Positions 56,345 to 64,000 of a stretch of 64,000 nt of DNA are shown here, piece by piece (within the stretch, counting starts at the first letter, position 1; every line of letters begins with the position of its first letter). The translations under genes were made by a program, and so were the position numbers. Origin of the DNA: an uncultured Clostridia bacterium (GTDB lineage: Bacteria > Bacillota > Clostridia > Oscillospirales > Acutalibacteraceae); the NCBI GenBank assembly GCA_947369085.1, contig CANBJR010000001.1, positions 28,978 through 92,977 of the forward strand. Direction: 5' to 3'. The notes under the pieces were generated by a model. It was not told the DNA's origin and did no database searches. It worked only from the letters and a program-made list of their open reading frames with translations.

Positions 56345-56812
56345 ATGTATAACTTGGATGAAATAAAAGAATTTATTAATCTTCTTGAGGACTCATCTCT
56401 CTCTGTTTTTGAAATTCAGAAAGAGGATGGCTCAAAAATCCGTCTTGAAAAGGCTCAGCCGGCACAGCAGATTGTAAATACAATTCCTGTTGCAAACGGC
56501 ATTGCTTCTCCTGCACCCGTTGCACCCTCTGCTGTTGAGTCAGCGTCTTCGGCACCTGCTCCTGCGGCTGCCGATAGCTCAAAAACAATTGACGCTCCTA
56601 TCGTTGGAGTTTTCTATGCAGCTTCCGCTCCCGGAAAGGCTCCTTATGTAAGTACAGGCAAAAAGGTCAAGAAGGGCGATGTTGTCTGCATTATTGAGGC
56701 TATGAAGTGTATGAACGAAATTCAGGCTGAAGAAGACGGCGAAATCGTTGAGGTTCTCGTTAATGACGGTGAGCTTGTAGAATACGGTCAGCCGCTGTTC
56801 AAAATTAACTAA
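56345..56812 (+). CDS. accB: Acetyl-CoA carboxylase biotin carboxyl carrier protein
   Basis: IIEAMK biotinylation motif, VEYGQPLF. Confidence 0.96.
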   Translation: MYNLDEIKEFINLLEDSSLSVFEIQKEDGSKIRLEKAQPAQQIVNTIPVANGIASPAPVAPSAVESASSAPAPAAADSSKTIDAPIVGVFYAASAPGKAPYVSTGKKVKKGDVVCIIEAMKCMNEIQAEEDGEIVEVLVNDGELVEYGQPLFKIN

Positions 56813-56829
56813 ATAAAGGAAAAATAGCT

Positions 56830-57252
56830 ATGCTTAATCAGGAAGAAATCAAAAAAATACTCCCTCACCGTGACAATATGCTTCTTGTTGAAGAGGCTGA
56901 AAGCGTAGATGAAAACACGGCAAAGGGCAGATATACAATCAAAGGCGACGAATTCTTTTTGCAGGGACACTTTCCCGGAAACCCCGTTGTTCCGGGCGTA
57001 ATCCTGTGCGAAATGATGGGACAGGCAAGCTGTTGCCTGCTTGCAGACAAGGTTAAAAATTGCACGCCTTATTTTACAAAGATGAACAACGTAAAGTTCA
57101 AAAATCCCGTAAAGCCGGGAGATACTCTTGAAAGCGTATGCACATTAACAAAGAGCAGAGGTGCATTTTACTTTATTGACGCAAAGGGTTATGTTGACGG
57201 TAAGCTGTGCGTAAGCGCCGAGCTGTCGTTTGCTCTTATTGAAAATAAGTGA
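56830..57252 (+). CDS. fabZ: 3-hydroxyacyl-ACP dehydratase
   Basis: LPHR, FLQGHFPGNPVVPGVILCE. Confidence 0.95.
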   Translation: MLNQEEIKKILPHRDNMLLVEEAESVDENTAKGRYTIKGDEFFLQGHFPGNPVVPGVILCEMMGQASCCLLADKVKNCTPYFTKMNNVKFKNPVKPGDTLESVCTLTKSRGAFYFIDAKGYVDGKLCVSAELSFALIENK

Positions 57253-57285
57253 TTTATAAAATTTGTTATTTAATACCAGTATAAG

Positions 57286-57426
57286 TCCTGGGAAACCGAC
57301 ACAAGCAAAGAACAATCCTGTGTTGTTCCCTGAACTTAAGGTTGAGCGGTTAACGTATGAACGAAGCAGGGTTATTCTCACCATTTTGAGTTGACCGAGG
57401 GTTTTGTGTGAATCGGTAATCGGGTC
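57286..57426. ncRNA. Candidate structured RNA (unassigned family)
   Basis: Nested complementary segments ACCGA/TCGGT, ACACAA/TTGTGT, AGAA..AATCCTG/CAGGGTT.TTCT, GTTC/GAAC in a 218-bp gap inside the operon. Confidence 0.45.
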
Positions 57427-57470
57427 ACACATAAATAATGGATTTTAACGCAAAAATTGGAAGTGAAAAG

Positions 57471-58823
57471 ATGTTTTCTAAAATTCTGATTGCTAACCGA
57501 GGAGAAATTGCGGTTAGAATTATTCGTGCCTGCCGTGAAATGGGCATTTCAACGGTTGCGATATATTCAGAAGCTGACAAAGATGCAATGCACGTTCAGC
57601 TTGCTGACGAAAGCTACTGCGTGGGTGGTAACAGAGTAGCTGACAGCTATCTTAATATGCCTGCTATTCTTACCGTAGCAGTTGAAAGCGGTGCTCAGGC
57701 TATTCATCCCGGCTACGGACTTTTGTCTGAAAACGCAAAGTTTGTTTCGCTCTGCGAGCAGTGCAACATTAATTTCATAGGTCCTACCTCCGATATGATT
57801 AAGCTTTTGGGAGATAAGGACAACGCACGTAAAACTATGCGCGCCGCAGGTGTTCCCGTAACACCGGGTTGCGATATTGTCGAAAACGTTGAGCAGGCTG
57901 TTGAGGAAGCTAAAATAATCGGCTTTCCTCTGCTTATCAAGGCTCGTTCGGGTGGTGGCGGAAAGGGAATACGCAGAGTTGACTCTATTGAGCAATTCGA
58001 GGAGGCGTTTCTCTCTGCGTCTGCCGAAGCAAAAGCGGCTTTCGGCGACGGCGCTTGCTACATAGAAAAGTTTATTCATCCCGTAAAGCATATTGAAATG
58101 CAGCTTCTCTGTGACAAGTACGGTAATACAATATGCCTTGGTGAAAGAGAGTGCTCTGTTCAGCGTAAGAATCAGAAGATGATTGAGGAAAGTCCCAGTC
58201 CGGCTCTTGATGAAAAAACACGCAAGGAAATGATGATTGCGGCGGTCAAGGCTGCAAAGGCTGTTAATTATGTAAACGCAGGTACGGTTGAATTTTTACT
58301 TGACAAAAACAACAACTTCTACTTTATGGAAATGAATACACGTTTACAGGTTGAACACGGCGTTACCGAGATGGTAACAGGACTTGACATTGTTCAATGG
58401 CAGATAAGAATTGCCGCAGGCGCAAAGCTTTCACGAACACAAGACAGCATTTTTACTCACGGAAACGTAATTGAGTGCAGAATCAATGCTGAAAATCCCG
58501 ACAAGGGATTCCGCCCGAGCTGCGGCAGAATTAAAAGGCTTCACATTCCCGGCGGCTCGTTTGTGCGCTTTGACACTGCAATTTTGCAGGATTACTTTGT
58601 GCCGCCGTATTATGATTCAATGATAGGTAAGCTGATTGTTCAGGCAAGAAGTCGTTCGGAAGCAATCAGAAAGATGAAAATGGCTTTATCCGAGCTTGTT
58701 ATTGAGGGCGTTGACATAAACCGTGATTTGCTGGCCGAAATTTTATCGGACGAACAGTTTGTAAGCGGTGAATATACAACCGACTTTATGACGGATTTTG
58801 AAAAACGCCGAAACAGTAAATAA
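57471..58823 (+). CDS. accC: Acetyl-CoA carboxylase biotin carboxylase
   Basis: KILIANRGEIAVR, IHPGYG, GGGGKG, FMEMNTRLQVEH, PPYYDSMIGKLIV. Confidence 0.97.
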   Translation: MFSKILIANRGEIAVRIIRACREMGISTVAIYSEADKDAMHVQLADESYCVGGNRVADSYLNMPAILTVAVESGAQAIHPGYGLLSENAKFVSLCEQCNINFIGPTSDMIKLLGDKDNARKTMRAAGVPVTPGCDIVENVEQAVEEAKIIGFPLLIKARSGGGGKGIRRVDSIEQFEEAFLSASAEAKAAFGDGACYIEKFIHPVKHIEMQLLCDKYGNTICLGERECSVQRKNQKMIEESPSPALDEKTRKEMMIAAVKAAKAVNYVNAGTVEFLLDKNNNFYFMEMNTRLQVEHGVTEMVTGLDIVQWQIRIAAGAKLSRTQDSIFTHGNVIECRINAENPDKGFRPSCGRIKRLHIPGGSFVRFDTAILQDYFVPPYYDSMIGKLIVQARSRSEAIRKMKMALSELVIEGVDINRDLLAEILSDEQFVSGEYTTDFMTDFEKRRNSK

Positions 58824-58926
58824 TTTATTGTTATTGATTTTTGATATTGGGTGTTAATAACTTTTACCATATAAAAATATTGTATGAATGATTATTGCCC
58901 GAAAACCGAGAGGTTGTGGAGTTATT

Positions 58927-59793
58927 ATGGATTTATTTTCTTTCAGAAAACCGAAAAATGAGCTTGAATCTCAACCTGATGAACAGCAGAATGTTCCTTT
59001 TATTCCCGATGAAATGTGGATAAAATGCCCTAAGTGCAATACAATGCTTCTCACTACCGATATGGAGGAGAACCTGCATGTCTGCACAAAGTGCGACCAC
59101 CATTTCAGAATGAATGCAAAGCAGAGAGTTGATATGTTTGCCGACGGCGAAAGCTTTGTTGAGCACGATGCCGATATGGAAAGCAAAAATATCCTTGATT
59201 TTCCGGGTTATGAAGCAAAGCTTGAAAAAGCAAAAGCAAAGGGAAGCAAGGAGTCCGTAATATGCGGCGAATGTAAAATCGGCGGAATAAACACTGTTCT
59301 TTGTGCTATGGATCCTGATTTTATAATGGGCAGTATGGGAGTAGTTACGGGTGAAAAAATCACCCGTGCATTTGAATTTGCCACAGAAAACAGACTGCCG
59401 ATTGTAGTTTGTACTGCTGCAGGCGGTGCAAGAATGCAGGAGGGTATTTTATCTCTTATGCAGATGGCTAAAACCTCGGGTGCGGTAAAACGTCACAGTG
59501 ACGCAGGACTTCTCTATATAACGGTTCTCACCGACCCTACAACAGGCGGCGTTACTGCTTCCTTTGCAATGGAGGGCGACATAATTCTTGCCGAACCTGA
59601 CACACTTGTTGCATTTGCAGGACCGAGAGTTATTGAGCAGACAATTCGTCAGAAACTTCCAAAGGACTTTCAGACTTCGGAGTTTGTTCTTCAGAAAGGT
59701 TTTATTGACGCGGTTGTCAGCAGAAACAATCTGAAAGATACGGTAGTTAAGTTACTTAAAATTCACGGATACGGTGTTGAGGAGGCAGAGTAA
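58927..59793 (+). CDS. accD: Acetyl-CoA carboxylase carboxyltransferase beta subunit
   Basis: WIKCPKC..CTKC Zn finger, GSMG, GGARMQEG, PTTGGVTAS. Confidence 0.96.
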   Translation: MDLFSFRKPKNELESQPDEQQNVPFIPDEMWIKCPKCNTMLLTTDMEENLHVCTKCDHHFRMNAKQRVDMFADGESFVEHDADMESKNILDFPGYEAKLEKAKAKGSKESVICGECKIGGINTVLCAMDPDFIMGSMGVVTGEKITRAFEFATENRLPIVVCTAAGGARMQEGILSLMQMAKTSGAVKRHSDAGLLYITVLTDPTTGGVTASFAMEGDIILAEPDTLVAFAGPRVIEQTIRQKLPKDFQTSEFVLQKGFIDAVVSRNNLKDTVVKLLKIHGYGVEEAE

Positions 59794-60575
59794 TGACAGC
59801 ATATGAAAAGGTCATGGCGGCAAGAGATTCCGGAAAACTTACTGCTGTAGATTACATCGCCAATATGTTCGGAGACAGTTTTATAGAGCTTCACGGCGAC
59901 CGAAGATTCGCTGATGATAAGGCTGTTGTTTCGGGACTTGCCATGCTCTACGATATGCCCGTTACCGTAATCGGACTTGAAAAGGGCAGAAACACAAAAG
60001 AGCGTATGGAGCGCAACTTTGGTCAGGCTCATCCTGAGGGATACCGCAAGGCTCTCAGGCTTATGAAACAGGCGGAAAAATTCCGACGCCCGGTGCTTTG
60101 CTTTGTTGACACAAGCGGAGCATTCTGCGGAATCGGCGCAGAAGAGCGTGGACAGGGACAGGCAATTGCCGAAAATATTATGGAAATGATGGCTTTAAAA
60201 ACTCCTGTTCTCACCATCTTAATCGGTGAGGGAGGCAGCGGCGGCGCGCTGGGACTTGCAGTTGCAGACGAAGTATGGATGCTTGAGAATTCCGTTTATT
60301 CGGTAATTTCTCCCGAGGGCTGTGCGTCAATCCTCTGGAAAGACAGCACAAAGGCCCCGCAGGCGGCTGAGGCACTTAAAATGACAGCTCAGGATTTGTT
60401 TGACCTCGGTGTTATTGAGCGTATTATACGTCAACCTAAAGCAGATGACAAGGCAATGTTTGAAAGCCTAAAATTGCTTGTAAGCCGTACTTTTGAAAAG
60501 AATCTTGCAATGAGTGACGAAGAGCTGACAAACGCACGTTACAACCGTTTTCGCAAATTAGGAACAAATATGTAA
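59793..60575 (+). CDS. accA: Acetyl-CoA carboxylase carboxyltransferase alpha subunit
   Basis: ELHGDR, PEGYRKALR, AEERGQG, GEGGSGGA, YSVISPEGCASILW. Confidence 0.96.
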   Translation: MTAYEKVMAARDSGKLTAVDYIANMFGDSFIELHGDRRFADDKAVVSGLAMLYDMPVTVIGLEKGRNTKERMERNFGQAHPEGYRKALRLMKQAEKFRRPVLCFVDTSGAFCGIGAEERGQGQAIAENIMEMMALKTPVLTILIGEGGSGGALGLAVADEVWMLENSVYSVISPEGCASILWKDSTKAPQAAEALKMTAQDLFDLGVIERIIRQPKADDKAMFESLKLLVSRTFEKNLAMSDEELTNARYNRFRKLGTNM

Positions 60576-60676
60576 GTCAAAATCACTTTAGCAGATATCT
60601 AAAAAGATGTTAAAAAATACCCGAAAGCTTTGAAAATTCTTATTTGCGACAATTTTAATAAAATTAAAAATAGGTA

Positions 60677-60705
60677 TTGACTTGATAAAATATATATGAT
60701 ATTAT
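60677..60705 (+). promoter_or_regulatory. SigA promoter of rpmG-secE-nusG
   Basis: TTGACT-17 bp-TATTAT with extended TG. Confidence 0.65.
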
Positions 60706-60787
60706 AGTTATACCTCTGAAAGGGGCTTATTTTTTGTGCCCTATTGAGGGAGGCTAAAATATTCCGAAATAACCGGGAGGTGCCGTT

Positions 60788-60937
60788 ATGAGAGTAAAAA
60801 TCACATTGGCCTGCACAGAGTGCAAACAGCGTAACTACAACACAATGAAGAACAAGAAGAACAGTCCCGACAGACTTGAAATGAACAAGTATTGCCGTTT
60901 CTGTAAGAAACACACTCTTCACAAGGAAACTAAATAA
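60788..60937 (+). CDS. rpmG: 50S ribosomal protein L33 (Zn-binding form; absent from the ORF track)
   Basis: [49 protein letters not shown]; GGAGG RBS. Confidence 0.97.
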   Translation: MRVKITLACTECKQRNYNTMKNKKNSPDRLEMNKYCRFCKKHTLHKETK

Positions 60938-60949
60938 TGGAGGTACACT

Positions 60950-61216
60950 ATGGCTGACAAAAAGCTTGATGCAAAAAAAGCAGACGTTAAGAAGTCTGCT
61001 AAAAAAAGCAAGAAGCCTAATGTATTTAAAAGGCTTTTTAAGTACCTCGTTGCATGTAAGGGTGAGCTGAAGAAAATAACCTGGCCGTCAGCGAAAACAA
61101 CCACAAAGAATTTCGGCATTGTTATTGCCGTAATTATTGTTATGGGACTTTTCATATTCGCTCTCGACAGAGGCTTGTATGCATTGCTTGGCTTGGTTAT
61201 GAATACTGCTGCTTAA
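60950..61216 (+). CDS. secE: Preprotein translocase subunit SecE
   Basis: GELKKITWPS plus a single TM; between rpmG and nusG. Confidence 0.95.
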   Translation: MADKKLDAKKADVKKSAKKSKKPNVFKRLFKYLVACKGELKKITWPSAKTTTKNFGIVIAVIIVMGLFIFALDRGLYALLGLVMNTAA

Positions 61217-61257
61217 CTGAGCGTTATTACTAAGCTTACGAAAGGAAGAAAGTTATA

Positions 61258-61785
61258 ATGCCGGAAACAGAAGCAAAATGGTATGTTGTGCATACCTATT
61301 CGGGTTACGAAAACAAGGTTGCCGCCGATCTTATGACAACAGCGGAAAACAGAAGTCTTCAGGATATGATTATCGACGTTAAGGTTCCTACCGAGATTGT
61401 TACTGAAACAGTCGGAGACAAGACCAAAGAGGTTGAAAGCAAGATTTATCCTGGATATGTTTTTGTAAAAATGGTTTATACCGATGAAACCTGGTATGTT
61501 GTCCGCAATATACGCGGTTGTACCGGATTTGTCGGACCGGGATCAAAACCCGTTCCTCTTACCGATGCAGAAGTTTACAGAATGGGCGTTGAAACACGCA
61601 GTGTTAAGATTTCTTATTCTGTGGGCGATTCGGTACGTATTATTGACGGTCCGCTTGAGGACTTCGTCGGTGTTGTAGAAGAAATCGATGCCGACAAAGA
61701 CTACGTTCGCGTTACAGTTTCTATGTTCGGACGTGAAACTCCGGTTGAGCTCGAGCTTGCTCAGGCTGAACCGATAGAAGATTAA
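61258..61785 (+). CDS. nusG: Transcription elongation factor NusG
   Basis: WYVVHTYSGYENKV, YPGYVFV, KOW, SMFGRETPVEL. Confidence 0.98.
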   Translation: MPETEAKWYVVHTYSGYENKVAADLMTTAENRSLQDMIIDVKVPTEIVTETVGDKTKEVESKIYPGYVFVKMVYTDETWYVVRNIRGCTGFVGPGSKPVPLTDAEVYRMGVETRSVKISYSVGDSVRIIDGPLEDFVGVVEEIDADKDYVRVTVSMFGRETPVELELAQAEPIED

Positions 61786-61835
61786 TTTAACAATAATCAG
61801 CCAAACGGCTTTTTATTGGGAACAAATTGTTCCCT

Positions 61836-61877
61836 GTGGGAGGGACCCTACACAGTGGCGTCCCGCAATTTACCACG
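61836..61877 (+). promoter_or_regulatory. L1-binding mRNA leader upstream of rplK
   Basis: GUGGGAGG...ACCAC stem with GGAG internal loop just before the RBS. Confidence 0.7.
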
Positions 61878-61898
61878 AATTTTGGAGGTGCAAACACA

Positions 61899-62324
61899 AT
61901 GGCTCAGAAGGTTGTAGGCTTAATTAAACTACAGATTCCCGCCGGAAAAGCTACTCCGGCACCGCCTGTTGGTCCGGCACTCGGTCAGCACGGCGTAAAC
62001 ATTGTTGCGTTCACAAAGGATTTTAATGAGCGTACAAAGAATGACATCGGTCTTATCATTCCTGTTGTAATTACAGTATATGCCGACCGTTCGTTCACAT
62101 TCGTTACAAAGACTCCGCCTGCTGCTGTTCTTCTTAAGAAGGCTTGCGGTATCGATAGCGGTTCCGGCGTACCGAATAAGACAAAGGTTGCTCAGATTAC
62201 TAAAGAGCAGATTACTAAGATCGCAGAGCAGAAAATGCCCGATCTTAATGCAGGCTCGCTTGACGCAGCAATCAGCATGATTGCCGGCACAGCAAGAAGC
62301 ATGGGTATTACAGTAGTTGACTAA
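61899..62324 (+). CDS. rplK: 50S ribosomal protein L11
   Basis: [30 protein letters not shown]. Confidence 0.98.
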   Translation: MAQKVVGLIKLQIPAGKATPAPPVGPALGQHGVNIVAFTKDFNERTKNDIGLIIPVVITVYADRSFTFVTKTPPAAVLLKKACGIDSGSGVPNKTKVAQITKEQITKIAEQKMPDLNAGSLDAAISMIAGTARSMGITVVD

Positions 62325-62331
62325 TTTATCC

Positions 62332-62360
62332 GGGTGGGAGGAATTTTCCGATTGACCACC
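62332..62360 (+). promoter_or_regulatory. Second L1-binding leader upstream of rplA
   Basis: GGUGGGAGG...GACCACC. Confidence 0.65.
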
Positions 62361-62379
62361 TAACAATGGAGGAAGACTG

Positions 62380-63075
62380 ATGAAACACGGTAAAAAATAT
62401 GTTGACGCTGCTAAGCTCGTTGACAGAACTAAATTATATGATTCAGACGAGGCTCTTGACACAGTTATTAAAACTGCAACAGCTAAGTTTGACGAAACCG
62501 TTGAGCTTCATGTAAAGCTCGGCGTTGACAGCCGTCACGCTGACCAGCAGGTAAGAGGTGCGGTTGTTCTTCCTAACGGTACTGGTAAGAATGTTAGAGT
62601 CCTTGCAATTTGTAAGGGTGCTAACGAGGATCTTGCAAAGGAAGCAGGCGCTGACTATGTAGGCGCTGAGGATATGACTCAGAAGATTCAGCAGGAAAAC
62701 TGGATGGACTTCGATGTTTTAATTACAACACCCGACTGTATGGGTCTTGTAGGTCGTCTTGGTAGAATCCTCGGACCGAGAGGTCTTATGCCTAACCCCA
62801 AGGCTGGTACTGTTACTCCTGACATTGCTAAGGCTGTTAAGGAAGCTAAGGCAGGTAAGATTGAATATCGTCTTGACAAAACAAACATTATTCACTGCCC
62901 CATTGGCAAGGTAAGCTTTGGCTCACAGAAGCTTAACGAGAACCTTGATACTCTTATGGAAGCTATCGTTAAGGCTAAGCCTGCCGCTGCAAAGGGTCAG
63001 TACATTCGTTCAGTTGCCGTTACTTCAACAATGGGACCGAGCGTAAGATTAAACCCAACAAAGTTTGGTGCTTAA
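62380..63075 (+). CDS. rplA: 50S ribosomal protein L1
   Basis: [33 protein letters not shown]. Confidence 0.98.
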   Translation: MKHGKKYVDAAKLVDRTKLYDSDEALDTVIKTATAKFDETVELHVKLGVDSRHADQQVRGAVVLPNGTGKNVRVLAICKGANEDLAKEAGADYVGAEDMTQKIQQENWMDFDVLITTPDCMGLVGRLGRILGPRGLMPNPKAGTVTPDIAKAVKEAKAGKIEYRLDKTNIIHCPIGKVSFGSQKLNENLDTLMEAIVKAKPAAAKGQYIRSVAVTSTMGPSVRLNPTKFGA

Positions 63076-63112
63076 TAAAATAATTTAATTATTTACACAA
63101 TAGTGTGAATAT

Positions 63113-63235
63113 AGATTCGCTGTTCTAAAGACAGCAGGTGCTTTTAGCATAAAGGGTTTTCCCACCTGCCGAGGAAGATGCAAATTACTTTTTGTATTTT
63201 TGCAGCCGTCCGAGGCTTCGGGCGGCTGATTTTTA
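63113..63235 (+). promoter_or_regulatory. L10 leader with terminator-like hairpin
   Basis: UAAAGACAGCAGGUG...CACCUGCCGAGG core, then CAGCCGUCCGA-GGCU-UCGGGCGGCUGAUUUUU; upstream of rplJ. Confidence 0.85.
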
Positions 63236-63247
63236 TGAACTGCGTTA

Positions 63248-63406
63248 ATACTAAACACTAATTAAAATCAGGTAATCTTTTCGGTATATTTTGCATTGTG
63301 CTTCCTAATTTCTCCTCGTAATGCATCAGCATTTCTGCGGTAAATTATTCGCACATCACAAAATCTACTCGAAAATCTAATCCTTCTTTTAATCGGCGTT
63401 TAGTAT
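63248..63406. repeat. 159-bp palindromic element, copy B
   Basis: Imperfect 20-bp terminal inverted repeats ATACTAAACACTAATTAAAA/TTTTAATCGGCGTTTAGTAT; core TCCTCGTAATGCATCAGCATTTCTGCGGT shared with copy A. Confidence 0.72.
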
Positions 63407-63431
63407 ACAACATTTTTCGGAGGTGAAATAA

Positions 63432-64000
63432 TTGCCAAGTCAAAGTGTTTTAGAGCAGAAGAAAGCAATTGTTGCAGAGCTTGCAGAAAGACTTAAAAAC
63501 TCTGTAACAGGTGTTGTTGTAAGCTATGAGGGCATTAACACTGAAGACGACACAAAGCTCAGAAAAGAGCTTCGTGAGAACAATGTTCAGTACTCAGTTG
63601 TTAAGAACACACTTCTTTCACGTGCTTGTGACGAAGTTGGTCTTGAGGACATAAAGCCTGTTCTTGAGGGTACAACAGCTATTGCAACAAGTGACAGTGA
63701 ATACGCTGCCGCAGCAAGAATTCTTTGCAACTATGCAAAGGATCACGATAACTTCAAGGTTAAGTCGGCTTATCTTGACGGCGCTGTTATTGATATGGAT
63801 ACAATCACAGCTCTTTCAAAGCTCCCGACAAGAGAAGTTCTTCTTGCAAACGTACTCGGTGCATTCCAGGCACCTATCGCTTCCTTCGCACGTGCCGTAC
63901 AGGCTATTGTTGACAAGGGTGGTGTAGAAGCTTGCGCAGCTGAAGCAGCAGCTACTACAGAAACAGAAGCTCCCGCAGAGGAAGCTCCTGCAGCAGAATA
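63432..64000 (+). CDS. rplJ: 50S ribosomal protein L10 (stop codon cut by the window edge; absent from the ORF track)
   Basis: TTG start after GGAGG; MPSQSVLEQKKAIVAEL..LRKELRE..VVKNTLL..GTTAIA..LSKLPTREVLLA..; ends ...EEAPAAE followed by TA at 63999-64000. Confidence 0.96.
   Translation, partial: MPSQSVLEQKKAIVAELAERLKNSVTGVVVSYEGINTEDDTKLRKELRENNVQYSVVKNTLLSRACDEVGLEDIKPVLEGTTAIATSDSEYAAAARILCNYAKDHDNFKVKSAYLDGAVIDMDTITALSKLPTREVLLANVLGAFQAPIASFARAVQAIVDKGGVEACAAEAAATTETEAPAEEAPAAE

Noticed and set aside
63664-63927. 87-aa ORF in the track
   Set aside because: Out-of-frame overlap with rplJ, which the track missed because its stop lies at the window edge.

Overview
Core chromosomal segment of an anaerobic Clostridia-class Firmicute, most likely Oscillospirales (Ruminococcaceae/Acutalibacteraceae-like). 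This placement is inferred from two dockerin-bearing secreted proteins, a ZTP riboswitch ahead of pflB-pflA, fabK-type FAS II and SigA promoters. Content: pflB/pflA, ribF, nudF, asnB, a GH31 alpha-glucosidase, a phosphohexomutase, tRNA-Ile2(CAU), trpS, ppk1-pfkA, an FtsX-type ABC exporter, lysC/hom, a class A PBP, fabK-fabD-fabG-fabF-accB-fabZ-accC-accD-accA, and rpmG-secE-nusG-rplK-rplA-rplJ with L1/L10 leaders. I see no integrase, transposase or CRISPR array. The most unusual signals are small or non-coding. (1) A ~700 bp AT-rich cassette (ribbon-helix-helix regulator plus stand-alone SLOG protein) is bounded by two identical 38-bp palindromes, next to a GTAG-type REP. (2) Two diverged copies of a ~160-180 bp rod-like palindromic element with a conserved core and a covarying pair sit between pflB and pflA and inside the rplJ leader. 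(3) The tRNA has downstream att-like scars and an antisense copy of its own 3' part. (4) Candidate structured RNAs lie between fabZ and accC, upstream of fabK and upstream of the DUF1015 gene. All calls come from reading the sequence and recalling protein families; no searches or folding programs were run.
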